A stretch of DNA of 62,204 nucleotides, filler included, from Choristocarpus tenellus KU-1152 (Eukaryota; Protista; Phaeophyceae): NCBI GenBank assembly GCA_964200185.2. It is 11 parts of 11 records of this genome, joined end to end, with 100 filler letters (N's around TTAATTAATTAA, not from the genome) between each part and the next. Parts side by side here need not be neighbours in the genome. Positions count along the whole stretch, not along the records: positions 1 to 10,835 come from CAXNAD020002682.1; positions 10,936 to 13,575 come from CAXNAD020026047.1; 9 more parts are not named here. One strand, given 5' to 3'. Positions 1-11,863 of the stretch are shown one piece after another (the first letter of the stretch is position 1; the number at the start of each line of letters is the position of its first letter). The translations under genes were made by a program, and so were the position numbers. The notes under the pieces are model-generated. The model saw only the letters and a program-made list of their open reading frames with translations. It had not been told where the DNA came from and ran no database searches.

Positions 1-1022
1 CTTTGATTGTTGTTTACTTGTTTTGTTCAACACACCACCCACACAATGGGGCGGGGAGGGGGGGGGGGGGGGGGGGGGGGGGAGAAGGGTAGACAGAGTG
101 GATCGATCGCGGATCACATTTGGACATATTTCAAACATGTTAAAGGTGAAGGACTTGAACCCACTGACTCACACCAACACCTCTGAAGGGGATTGGATTG
201 GGGTGAAGGATAAGGAGTAGGGAATCCTCCAACAAAATACACGACAAAATTATACCGTCCCCCAGATGAACATCACAAACCAGGTATCATCAAAGTCTCG
301 ATAGGGCTACGAGCAAGATTGGCAGGATGAGGAACCACGCCCTGCACAACACAAACACGCCATTCATTTCCACAAAAAATATTGACTAGTTCAGTTAAGT
401 GGGTTGGGATACACCCATTCGCTCGGGTCAAGAAATGCACTGGTACCAATTGTTGCATGTGGACCCGTGCACATACTCAGGTAGGTGCCACAAGAGGGAG
501 CTTGAGAGGTGAAACAAGCCTACAACAGGGATAGCAGCCACCGTATGGAACAGAAATCTCCAAAACAAAATCAGTTCACGAACAAGAAATATTCAAGGTT
601 TTTCTTTTTTATCTGTTGCCCCTTCATCTCCGAACAGAGCTCATTCAAAACACCTGTTTCCACATATTTCCAGGAAAATTCCACTAGTAAAAAAAAAATG
701 CTAATGCACTACTGTGAACAGCAGTTACCGTCACCACCAAAACATGTCTACTGAGACATCCCATCTATGGACACACCTCCCCTCCCCTCCCCCCCCCCCT
801 CTTCACATCGTCATTATTGTGGTCCAAATCTTGCTGACGAACTGCGCACTGCCTCAATCTGATTGGCTCAATCCAACATACAGGCCATTCTATTGGTGCA
901 CACATTATTTCCCTTCACATCATCAACCCTACCCCTCAACCTCAGTATTGCTCCATCCTCAATCTCCAATCTCCAACCCTTCCGTGTGTATGACATCAAG
1001 GTAGTAGCAATACAACCCCTAC

Positions 1023-4000
1023 CTGGTAGATCTTTGAAGCTAACACGGACCGGGCTGTTATCAGACGCTGCTGATTGCATGTGTTGGCAGGTAATAGTGC
1101 AAAGCATCATAGCCCCCTGGGGGTGGGGGCAAGGCACACAAAAACAGAAAAATAGGATCAGGTGTGTGCCATGTCTACTTATCGATAACAGCAAAATCAT
1201 GCTATAATTTAGTGATTTATCCAGTTGTTAATTGCAATAGGCTAGTTGTAATTTCCTAGTGCAGTAACGAACATCTCAGCAGTGTGTCAAATTTGAACTA
1301 CTGTTGTACAACACTGGGGTAGGGAGAGCAAAAGGTTTAGATGTTTGTGGCTCAAAAGTATCTTGGGGGGTGGGGGGGCAGCTGTCCATTCGGGGACCAT
1401 TTTTTCATGTTGCAATTTTTGGGTGAATTTGGTTGCATGCGTCGGATGGATAATGTAAGTGCGCTTCTCCTGGTCAGGGCTCATACGGATACCCTCATGT
1501 AACCCCCCCCCCCCCAGATACTTCGAACCTCCGCACCATGAAGTCCGGGATCCCACAAAAGACTCACACCAGAACATCAACATACGGAGATAGGAATAAA
1601 CTTTCATAGCTATCCCTTTTGCAGTCTCAGAAGACAGAGATCAGACTTATCTTATCCACCCCGCAGTAATTAATTTTACTTTTTCAGAAAAAGCACACAC
1701 ACACACACACACACACACAACACAACACAACACAACACAACACAACACACATTTGAATACACGCCATGTATATACACCTATACCAGACACAAAGACACAC
1801 AAGACACGTGCAGGTCAGACTCGGGACACTCCCAGGACACTCGCGGGACACTCAGGGGCTCATGTGAAAACAATAACAGAGGGAGATACTGTGTGTAGGT
1901 GATCATTGTTTTTGGTATCAGTACAAAAATATCTCAAGGTTGAGGTACAACCAGCAACAGCCAGGGGAGTCAGGGCACAGGAAACGATTCCAATTCCCAG
2001 GAAAAGGAGCACAAGTCACACCTACCTGATTGATGAAACTGTCAAAAACTGCACACAAGAGTACTAACATGATCTCATGCGTGAATTTTACAAGCGCAAA
2101 AAGCAATGCAATCAATTTGTTCCAACCCTAACCCTAAAAAGACCAACCACAAGGGTCCTACGCCCTACAACTCTCCCTCAGGACTAGAAACTGGTCGCAC
2201 CACCTTTCCCCTACTTCTACTTCTACTTCTACTTCTACTTACAGGTCTACGTACAGGTTTCTCAAAATTTACCACGATACGCCTCAAGAGGTCCATCTCA
2301 AGCACTCGAGATAAATACCTTCTGCATCTCCATCACATTGTACGTCAGCTCGCCCTGTACCCTGGCTGTTCCTCCAACTAGAACAAACTTTCTCGAGGTC
2401 AGGCAGGCGTCCATCTCCCCGTGTATTACAATCTCGTCGCAATCCACAACACCAAGGAGGCGTCCTCCTGATGCGGGAAAGAAATAAAAACGATTGAAAA
2501 AGAAATAAAAACGATTGAAAAAGTGGTGAGCAGTAAAAGAACAAATGAAAAATGTGGAGACACAGCACATGAAATTGGACACACACCCCTATGTACAAAT
2601 TCCAAAGACGGCCTATTAGTAGTTAATACAAATCACAGCGAATCGAGTTCATGCTGAAGACACACCAATGGAGTCAACTCAGGAGGTGCAGTGAAAGGCT
2701 ACATCCCTCAGCAATACAGTGACAAACAAGGATTCCCTAAACAAAGGGGGCACGCACCATCTTGGGTTAGGGTTAGGGTTAGGGTTACAGAAATATTCCT
2801 AAGATTTACTGGCGAACTCAAGACCCCTCCTGAAACAAATATTTCACAAATACACACACACAAATGGAAGACAGTGAAATTGCAAACACAAAGGCACCGG
2901 GGTAGACTTTGCAGCTAACACCGAAGATGGCTTTTCTTCGAGAAGACTCTCAAGACGCAACCAAGGTATAGCAGACGCAACCAAGGTATAGCAGAGCCTG
3001 CATTACACCCACAAGTCCCCATTGTTTAACTCGACTCAATAAAAATAAACAGGTCGACAGGAGCAAAAAAAAAAAAAAACGTTCTCTTTAGGGGGGAAAG
3101 CTGTCAACTGTCGTCCAGATCAACACCTTCATGAGGGGTGTACACTTGGTACCTGTCCTCACCTGGTTCTACCACCAACTTAGCCACTGATATTGTACCC
3201 CTCAATTCACCCGATACGACGACTGTTGAAGACCAATCCACCAGATTAGCAGCCACGGAACACGACTTGCCAACCTCTAAGACACCCTTCCCATCCATAT
3301 CGACAATCCTCCTTGTCCAGCTATTTGGAGTGGCATTCGAAGCTGGGGTGGCGATCAGTCCCGAAGTGTTGTTCAGTCCAGAAGAGGCATTTTTTTGTCC
3401 GGAAGCGATATTTGTTCCGGGAATATTCAAAACAGGGTGGTTGGTTGCACCAGGAGTGCCTATTCCAGGAGTTGCAGGAGTTGGAGGAGTCGCAGCAACG
3501 GCACCAACACCAGCATTGCCAGTTGCAATGACAGCGTTCGTAGGAGGAGTCTGACCAAGAATGGGGGCAAGCGAAAGGGTAGTGCCATGGACTTGGGATG
3601 GGGAGGTCACAGGGGCATCCCAAAAAGTGGCACTCGCCATGCGGTTGCTGCTGGTCCGCGCCTTTGGGGGCAGCGGAGCCTTACCACCATTGCCCTCTTC
3701 AAAATCCCAGGACATTTCTGCAGCATTGCCACTGGAGAGGTTTGGATAGGATTCGCCCGAGAAATCCCCCCCACTTTCGTCAGGGCTGGCCTCATAAAGA
3801 CTGGTATGTGCAGGTATGAGAATAGGGTGAAGATATGAGAATAGAGTGAAGGTAAGTAGAAGGTCATAAGAGGTTGAACAATTACCTTGTCTTTTAGTGG
3901 GGGGACTGGTGGGAAGACAAGGGGTTGAGGATGTGGGATCGACGTGCACTGAGGGGGAGGATAGCAACCAAATTTTGAGTCTACAAACTACCTTGTTCAG

Positions 4001-4613
4001 ATAATCAAGGGTAGTCTTGTTTGGTGGGGTTAAATTCTAGATCGTACTGTTGCTGAAGGTCATAGTTGCAATAGTTTGGGCTGTATCATTTTTTCAACAG
4101 AGATCACCAACTTCTTAGAAGTGTAGTATCAAGGTAGCTCTCAATAAGATGCGGGTAAACGGAGATACTGATAGATCCTTCGACTTGCCCGATCATCAAG
4201 AGCAACAAGACCAGATTTTGGAATTACGAGACAGTATGCAGTTCGTGTCATGAGGGCAGCATATTCGTAGAGAGAGAGGGAGGGAGAGAGAGAGAGAGAG
4301 AGAGAAGAGTTGTGAAAAAAAAATTGATCCATTCATTAGCGTAGCGAAGTAATCCTCACCTTGACTTGGAGCCGAATCGAAAGAGGTTTCCTCCCACGCC
4401 ACTGGACCGGCGCTTTTTGCCGTTAGCTCTTCTCGTGGCTGATACGTCCGTTTCTTCTAATCGTCCAGAACCCAAAACATCGGCAAGTGTGGAGAAGCTC
4501 AGATGGGTTTCATGACGCCGTCCCTCCACTGCTCTTGTATCACGATCCCGTCTTCTTTGAGAATTCCCATTAGAGAAAAGTCTTGTTAATGTACTGAATC
4601 GTGGTCTCTTCAT
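1023..4613 (-). CDS. Bactofilin (polymer-forming cytoskeletal) domain protein, spliced; 3' end not resolved
   Basis: Exons 4613-4360, 3800-3163, 2467-2319 and 1116-1023, all with GT..AG boundaries and matching phases (2,1,0). Joined protein (378+ aa) starts MKRPRFSTLTRLFS, has a long P/T/G/N-rich linker, then six ~17-aa beta-helix windings: VLEVGKSCSVAANLV/DWSSTVVVSGELRGTISV/AKLVVEPGGRLLGVVDC/DEIVIHGEMDACLTSR/KFVLVGGTARVQGELTY/NVMEMQKGAMMLCTITCQ. This fits the bactofilin pattern (V-x-G-x-x-x-G-x-I repeats, TARVxGDI, ExGAxxxG). Confidence 0.85.
1349..1529. mobile_element. MITE family B (~180 bp, TIR GGCTCAAA(A)GTATCT(T)GGGGG...CCCCCAGATACTTCGAACC), in a bactofilin intron
   Basis: Terminal inverted repeats are visible. 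The same left end recurs at 10816-10835, 13492-13530 and 62144-62204 (the last also shares internal GCTGTCCATTTGGGG). Confidence 0.7.
1693..1750. repeat. (AC)n/(ACACA)n microsatellite
   Basis: Direct inspection. Confidence 0.9.
2211..2240. repeat. (CTACTT)5 microsatellite
   Basis: Direct inspection. Confidence 0.9.
2765..2787 (+). repeat. Short interstitial (TTAGGG)n telomere-like tract
   Basis: GGGTTAGGGTTAGGGTTAGGGTTA; a second tract lies at 38104-38123. Confidence 0.75.
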
Positions 4614-6499
4614 CTTCTGGCGGTGTTGAGCTGAAGATTTTTGGTGGGCTCTGAGGTCCACAGTGCAGTTATGGGATCAAAAGTCTGAAAGTTAGAAGGT
4701 GGTGAGAATCCACTTAAAAGCGAAGATCAGCGCTTTTACCAAGGCGTTCCTCCCTGTGCAATGAAAGTAATCCCAAAAAAAGGGCAAATCATGATCGAAG
4801 CTGGCAGGCAGCAGGGGGCACCATCCCTGCCTGACATCACGACTAGGAGATATTCAGTAGGGTAAGACCTCATGCCTAGATGGCACAGTGTGAACGTGCA
4901 CAAAAACGGGGAGAAAATCTGGTGCGATCAAAAGCATCAACGGTAGTGTAAAATGCGTGCATAACAAGATGTCTCCACGGTTAATTGCTTAGACTCATGT
5001 AAATTAGGTAGGTTCCACACAAAACGAACCCTAAATCATCCATTCCATAACCTTGCTTAATTAAACTCTGTGGTCTGCTTTCTTAACGATTTAGGTGTGC
5101 GGTGAAATCATAACCCACCAAGAGTTCCTTTGTCAACTTACCTCAGCTACACATGATAGATCCCCTCTTCCCAACAAGATAACTGAGAGCCCGGAGCGAT
5201 AGCACAGGACCTCCAACCACCGACACTGTCAATTGTCTACGCTTGCAGAGAGTGCCTTCAAAACCCCAATACAACAATCAAATGTGTGGGTAAGGTATTG
5301 AGGTCCAACGGCAGCAACCTTTTTCAGGTCTTGCATGTGTGGCATGAGAACTTGGAGTTTACCATCCACTATATAGAAAAATATGATTCTCAAAGCAACT
5401 TAGATCCGAAAATATTTTCAAATGTAGATACTGTATTTAATCTGAAAAAGTTTTTGTTTTTCCTACGGGACAATTCCTCCTCCAATATGTCATCGTCTAC
5501 AAGAGTATATACAAGATAAGTATATGCACCACATCCTTTAACATCATTTAGATAGAATATTATTGTCGTTGAATGCCTCCGTAGATATTGAAATCAGAAG
5601 AAGATCCGTAAATCAAAAATGTTGACTTTTTAAGAAATTTGATGTTTTGATGGGTTTTTGGGAAGGTCAGTTAAGGGACCTACCAATAAATAGGAAACGT
5701 ATGGACATAACAATCTTTACCCCCACTCTATTATTCAAAACGCCACAGAACGCTCTGTAGCGCCACAATCATGATATAGTAGTTACAAAACTTCACACGT
5801 GGTACAGAGTGCAATCTTATGGTGGGTGTTACCTATAGCCAGAGATTAGAGATGATGAGTAACAAAAGAGTATTTCAGACATACTGGAGGTGGCTTCCCA
5901 CTGTAATGGTTGAAGAAGCATAGTATTAATGCATTTTCTAAGATCTGCAGAGCCTGAGAAAATTCATTTTTCGTACCTCAAAGTGAAAAACTACAAATCA
6001 ACATTTCGAAGCTCTGAAGAATTGCAGTATCTCGAGAATATCGCCAAGCGAACCAAAGCCCATTTGGCTGTGCCCAACAAGATACCGACTCCGTGCAGTA
6101 ATGTGTACAGGGAAGAGATTAAGGTAGGTTGTTACATCCACGGTCACACATGAGCGACACCACTCCTAACTTCAGGATTAGGGTAAGTGGGGTTAACAGC
6201 TTGCTGGTTCGTTCCAGGCTTAATGGTTGGTGAAGGCTTAATATCTTGGGTGTTCTTCCCACATCCTTGGTCGAGAGAGGCAAAGAATGTACCAACAACC
6301 CCATAAAAGCCACAGCAATTTGAGCAACACCAACCCTTCTCCCTTTGTGGTAGTGATAAGGACGGGAAGGAGCACTGACAGTGAACAACGTGGATTAGAC
6401 GAGCATACAAAGAGAGTACAAAGGGTTGGCAGTAGAGGACTAACCAACATAACGATGCAAGCTTGACGCAAGTATACGATATTCCTTCCCTAAATTGTC

Positions 6500-7900
6500 T
6501 AATGTAAGAGACTGGACCCAAATTGCGCTTGTAGTCTCTGACAAACTTCCAAATCAGTCTGGTTAAGGATATATTGCCCCACATGTCCTCTTGTCCTTTT
6601 CAGGGATACCTCCATGCAAGAGAGTTAAGGAGGTACATTGGGTGCTGCTGCCTTAAGGATGCCCCACACAGCACCATCATTCCATATAGGGACAAATACC
6701 AGACTAGAGTGATAAGGTAGACAGTCCGCTCCTGGAATCATAATTGTCAATAGCGCTTGCAAGGAGGAGGCAATACTCTCTCTGCCTCAAGATGTTTTGA
6801 CAATCTTCTGCAATTGCTCCAGATTGAATATGAAGCAGCTGTGATCCTCATTCAGATCTGGGTTCAATGGAATAGCATTTCCTCTTTGAACTTTGAAAGG
6901 TTGACTCTGAATTTCTCCATTCCATACCCAGTGTTGTCCTTCAACGGTGCTGTCTGTATCTCCGGCAGGATCAGGTAGCTCTTCATCATCGATGTCTACA
7001 CTGGTCTCTGTATCCATGGCAGGGTCATGTGACTCTTCATTGGCTGCTACATGCCCGTGTCCCCCATCAAGTAGCCTAACACCAGATCTTGTCCCACTAC
7101 GATCCATGTTGTTCAAGGTTTGACCTCGAGCATCCTGCACAAAATCCGCTTATTGTGCCAGAATAGTCCCTCTCTCCCTTGTCAAAGCTCCCCACAGTAA
7201 AGAGGTCAAGAACGAACCCCTTGGTTTGAGCAAAGGACGCATGCGAGTCCCCAAGTTGGATTCCATTTGAATGCCATTCCGAATAGTAGCAGGAGATGAC
7301 CTCGGCTGAACTTGAAATAACTTATTCATAAGGACCACAGAACGAAACCGATCCGTAGACATTTCCTGCCGCACATCAGTAGGCAAAGGGTCAGCAAGCG
7401 CCCCCGAGACACGTACGGGTGTATTACTAGCCTAGACCGGGATGGTTAGAGGAAATTGTGTCGACTAGATTTGGTAGTAAATTGGGTTCTAAGGAGCTGA
7501 TGTGCGCAAACTCGACCCAAACAAGGGACTGCATTCAACACCTGAGAGTGGATTTTAATAGGTATGAAAATAGAGACTTGGCACCTTGGATGGGAGAGGT
7601 GAACTCAAACCACCCGCAATAAACTCCTTCGCCAGTTCCATAGCAAGGAAATTCTCACTACTCTCAATCTCCTGCACGGGGTTGGATTTGTTCCATTTCA
7701 AATTGTAGCACAACTTGTGCTGGAAGCAACACTGCTAATTGTAGAGCATGTTCCACTCGAAAGGAGTTGGAGTTGCTTCCAGAAGAAGCTGTGCCAAGCA
7801 ACAGCTGAAAAAATGTCTAAGCAAGTTCGGAGCCATTGCCACTTCCTTCTTATCTATAGCAGACCAGCAGTAAGATCGAATTTAGTAGTACAGGCAAGGT
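6500..7900 (-). pseudogene. Decayed coding-like relic of unknown identity (possibly TE or viral)
   Basis: ORFs 7150-7386 and 6787-7140 are in the same frame, separated by one stop. The frame continues through sporadic stops on both sides. No motif recognised. Confidence 0.3.
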
Positions 7901-9544
7901 GGCGATTGATGTGCCACATCACCTCAAACTAATGGCGAACTTTCCTTCCTCTCCCACTGTAGTCACGCTTTGCCATCGTCGCCAACGAAGGTACAGCATA
8001 TAATAGGAATAGTAAAAAGAGTAGAAACATCCACAATATCAGTTACCTCAGACTACTCAAGATGTCGTCACTTATGCATTTGCTTCTTCGATTGGTTTTG
8101 TAATGGTTGCCAGTGAGGCAATGACCGTTGCGAAAATTCTTGTCGATTAAACTCACCCAGTCATCGTTTGAGGCCTGATCTCTCTTGTGCCCCCAACCCT
8201 CATACTTCATTGTTCTCGAAACCAATTAACCGGTCCACTGCCATGAGGTTAGGGACATCCATACAGCGGACTTCAATGACCTCTATCTTGGTTCAAATCA
8301 AGGAACCTTTTGAGGATAAAATGTGTGTAGGGCAAACTTGAGGCAAGAGGAATCCTAACACGCTACATACGTGTTGTGAGAAAGCGATCTTCTGAATCCA
8401 GAGCCCTTTGTTCTTATCTGTATTATAGTAGTAAGAGTAAAAGCAACTTGGGGATCAATTGTTCTCCAACTTCATGGAAATGAAACTTCTGTCGGACAGA
8501 GTAAGCATTATTTCTATTTTATTTATGTTTTATTCTTATGGGTGGTAAGGGTCGAATATTACAAAAAACGTTTTATAAAACTATGAGAAGTATTACAGAA
8601 TTAAAAATATTGAGAATAAAAAGTTAGAATTGAAGTGGCATGGTGTGTGTCGAAAAAGGTATAATTGTGGAATAAACTGATGAGGTTATGTAAGGCGTTG
8701 AGAACATATTCCCACTTCAAGAAGCATAGTAGTAGTGTAACATCGATTTGTAGTTCCCAAACTTCTACCACAACATTGCTCTCTTTGAATACTATATTAT
8801 AAGGCTTCCAGAGTTAGCAACCCAACCAGTAGGGTTCCCTTACTTTGACAAGGGTAGGTTAGAAGTAGAACAGTGCAACTATTAATTGGTAGAGAACAAT
8901 GTTCAAAGGAGGGCTATTATATTGCTAGCTTTCAAATAGTAATTTATTTGAGACAGGTATCTTATGTATTTATGATATCTGTTATTTTATTAACGTCCTC
9001 GTCTTCAAGGTTTAGTTTTTCCCTGACACATTGTAAAATGTCACAGGATATTATCAAGTTTTTGTTAAGGTAATATTGTGCCGTCTAACGACATTTTGGA
9101 GATGTTTCAGGAACAATGATTGTTAGTCTTGAAATAGAAAAAAAAATTGAGAGGTATCTTTTGCACCAACAACAACTGTTACCTTTACCATAGTCCTTGT
9201 CACGTATTCTTGGTTTTCCCTTCGCATATATACAAAAATTCAGAGGGCAGAACAAAACATATTAAGTACTTGTTAGAGAGAGGGGCGTCTTACAGAGGTG
9301 TGTTGGCATGGACGACATGTATTGCCACAAGCGATGAGTCTTAATGGCAGTTTCAAAAAGTCGTTATGACCGTAAAGCCCCGGATTGTAGATATTTCCTT
9401 CGTTCAAGATAAAGTGCAACGTAACTTTTCCAGCCCCGATGATGAAGAAGCAAGATTTTTTCGTATGTTCATATTTTATGGGTGTATTTTGCAGACACTA
9501 AAAGGTTGCCCACCAAAGTCCCAAGCTAAATGGGGCAGCCTACA

Positions 9545-9820
9545 GACCCAATGCATTTAAGAGGGTAGGAGTTTTGCCCTGTTTGTCCGTTCGGGGCTTT
9601 GCTTCCCACGTTTTTTTTATGCCCTTTATTGTTTTTTTATGTGAACATTGCTTATTTCTGAGTAGTTAAAATGTTTAATAGGAGTATGAAAGGTGCATTC
9701 AGAGCAAGAGCAAGGATATTGACACTTCCTAACAAACACAATAGCCAAAATTCATAAAAGTCGCAACATTGGATTTATGATCCCGATTGATGGACCCTAC
9801 CCTCTTAAATGCTTTGGCTC
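9545..9820. mobile_element. MITE family A copy (diverged) inserted 3' of a mariner transposase
   Basis: TIRs GACCCAATGCATTTAAGAGGGTAGG / CCTACCCTCTTAAATGCTTTGGCTC, with 3-bp ACA duplicated on both sides (9542-9544, 9821-9823). Internal sequence is homologous to 13111-13368. Confidence 0.8.
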
Positions 9821-9829
9821 ACACCTATC

Positions 9830-10815
9830 TATGATTTCGCCCCTGAAGAACTCCAAAACTCTATTCCAGCAAGGTATTTCACTACATCCCCCAGGGCATT
9901 CGGGGGGGAACTTGCCCGCCTTCTCAGCCTTATCCTTGCTAAGATGAGGGATTTTGAAGACTTTGTGACCCTTAGACCTTAGCACTTCACCACAGACTGC
10001 GAAGAGGCGCTGCCAAAGCACTCGAATGTCTCTCAGTGGTGCATATCGAACACCTCCATGTGGCCTCCACCAGCTCCTCTGTGTTGGTCGCCCCCAAATC
10101 TTCCTTCATTTGCCGAATGGAATGAAAGAATCCCATGTCATTGGCGTTGAGGTCGGGAGAGTTGTCTGGCTAGGTATCTATGACAATGTCGCCCCCTGCT
10201 GCCTCCTCGATTGCCTCCATGATACCCCCCTTGGTGTGTGATTTTGCCCCGTCCTGCTGCATGAAGATGGTGTGTCCTTCTAGCCTAGGTGTGCAAATCT
10301 TAATTACAGGGATGACATCCTCGATCATGACCTTCCTATACCCCTCCGTCCACCGTGGCTGGTACAAAGTACCTTGGAGCCCTTCAATGGGTGTTTGCTG
10401 GAGTGCTGAGCAACCTTGGTGTCCACAATTGGGTAGATCTCCGATTTTCCCATAGAACAACACCTCGTTGGAGAGCTTCCTAGGGCACCCCAAAGCTGCC
10501 AGGAACATCACCTTCGTAATGAAACACTTATTCCGAGCCTGTGGGAGGTTGAGGGGGTCATCAGCGGGGTACAGGTGTACACCTTGCCCATCTTTGAGGA
10601 TGTAATACAACTTCTCTTCCACATGCACCCAGTCGTACAGATCGTCCAATAATATCCCTCTTCTGGCCCTCCTGTGTGTGCGGTTGATGAGGAAACTCGC
10701 ACCGTTGACTTCTGCTGGTCTGAGAGGACTGGCACAATCCACTGCTTGACACTATTCACCTTCGCGCGCTTGCACAAATTCCACGACAAGGCAAGGGATA
10801 CCCCAGCTTTCGCCT
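9830..10815 (-). mobile_element. Decayed Tc1/mariner transposase, plant-mariner (DD39D)-like
   Basis: Motifs WVHVEEKLYY (HIDEKWF), TKVMFLAALGCPR, FYGKIG, MQQDGAKSH, PDNSPDLNANDMGFFHSI, with stops/frameshifts. The 5' part is interrupted by a family B MITE at the contig end. Confidence 0.85.
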
Positions 10816-10835
10816 GGGTCAAAGTATCTGGGGGG

Positions 10836-10935
10836 NNNNNNNNNNNNNNNNNNNNNNNNNNNNNNNNNNNNNNNNNNNNTTAATTAATTAANNNNNNNNN
10901 NNNNNNNNNNNNNNNNNNNNNNNNNNNNNNNNNNN
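10836..10935. other. Artificial contig linker N44-TTAATTAATTAA-N44 (stop in all six frames)
   Basis: Identical 100-nt spacers at 10836, 13576, 16419, 20795, 28656, 31339, 35332, 40660, 45961 and 49534. Confidence 0.97.
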
Positions 10936-11717
10936 CAGGGGTACTTAACATCTATCACTTTTCCTATTCTACTAGTGAAGCCCCTGTACCACCACGTCCA
11001 CCCCAAACTCCTCTTACTTTGTACCTTGAACCCTTTTCCTGTTCCTGCCCTTGCCTTGCTCTACCCGCCCCTTCTCCCCCCTCTCTCTAGTATCAATCAA
11101 TGGCGTGAGAACCATAATAAAAAAATGGGACTACCTAGAAACGTAAGTAACAATCCGAAAAAATGCTGCCAGAAGAGCTTAGAACCAGGTGCTGTTGGGT
11201 TGACTCCTTCCAAAGTACAAACACACTGTGTCCCCCTTCACACTTTGATTGTGTATAAATTCCCACTATAGCAGTACAACCAACTACTGCACCTTATTCT
11301 ACTTTAGTGAAAATTGATCACATAGAGTATTCAGCTGGAGAGGGGCTTCAAGCAAATGCTTGGGTTAAAGCAAAGCATCAAAAATGCACTGATTCGAGAT
11401 ATTCCTGCGCCATGGTGGCAATGGCTAGGACAAGTTGGAGCAAAGACTCCTAGGAAGAAGGGGATGGGGGAGGGATAGGTCTTTGTAAGGTGTCTTGCGG
11501 CAGCCAACAACAATGGGGAAGGACTTAATGTTCAATCCCGAATACATACATATTCAAGTTGGAAAAGTAGAAATCAAAGTCGCAAAACATGCTCTTATCT
11601 ACAACTTCTGTATCAAAGCAAGAACCATGACTCCCTTCACCGCATCAACCCTATTGCAGCTCTGTTCACCCTTCCTTATTTCCCCCCTCCCCTTCTCGTT
11701 CCACCTCAACCACTCAC

Positions 11718-11863
11718 CTGTCCCACACTGTTGACCCCACAGACCTGCATCCTGTAATCCGTCCCAGGTCTTAGCCCTTGCACTGTGACAAACATAAGTT
11801 GGTGGTACAGCTTTCGGCGTGGTATTTTTTTCTTTTTCCTTTTACCCTCCTCGCTTGCTGCAC
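11718..11863 (-). CDS. Internal exon encoding the C-terminal half of a fibronectin type III domain
   Basis: AG acceptor and GTGAGT donor flank ...FVTVQGLRPGTDYRMQVCGVNSVGQ, matching the FN3 motif V-x-GL-x-P-G-T-x-Y-x-x-x-V-x-A-v-N-x-x-G. Confidence 0.7.

Noticed and set aside
2765-2787. Telomere
   Set aside because: Only ~4 units, inside an intron; interstitial.
3138-3838. Plus-strand ORFs of 138-147 aa
   Set aside because: Antisense shadows of the bactofilin exon.
6787-7140. Possible piggyBac N-terminus (acidic tract, W, LEQLQKIVKT)
   Set aside because: No downstream DDD catalytic motifs or TTAA/CCC termini found.
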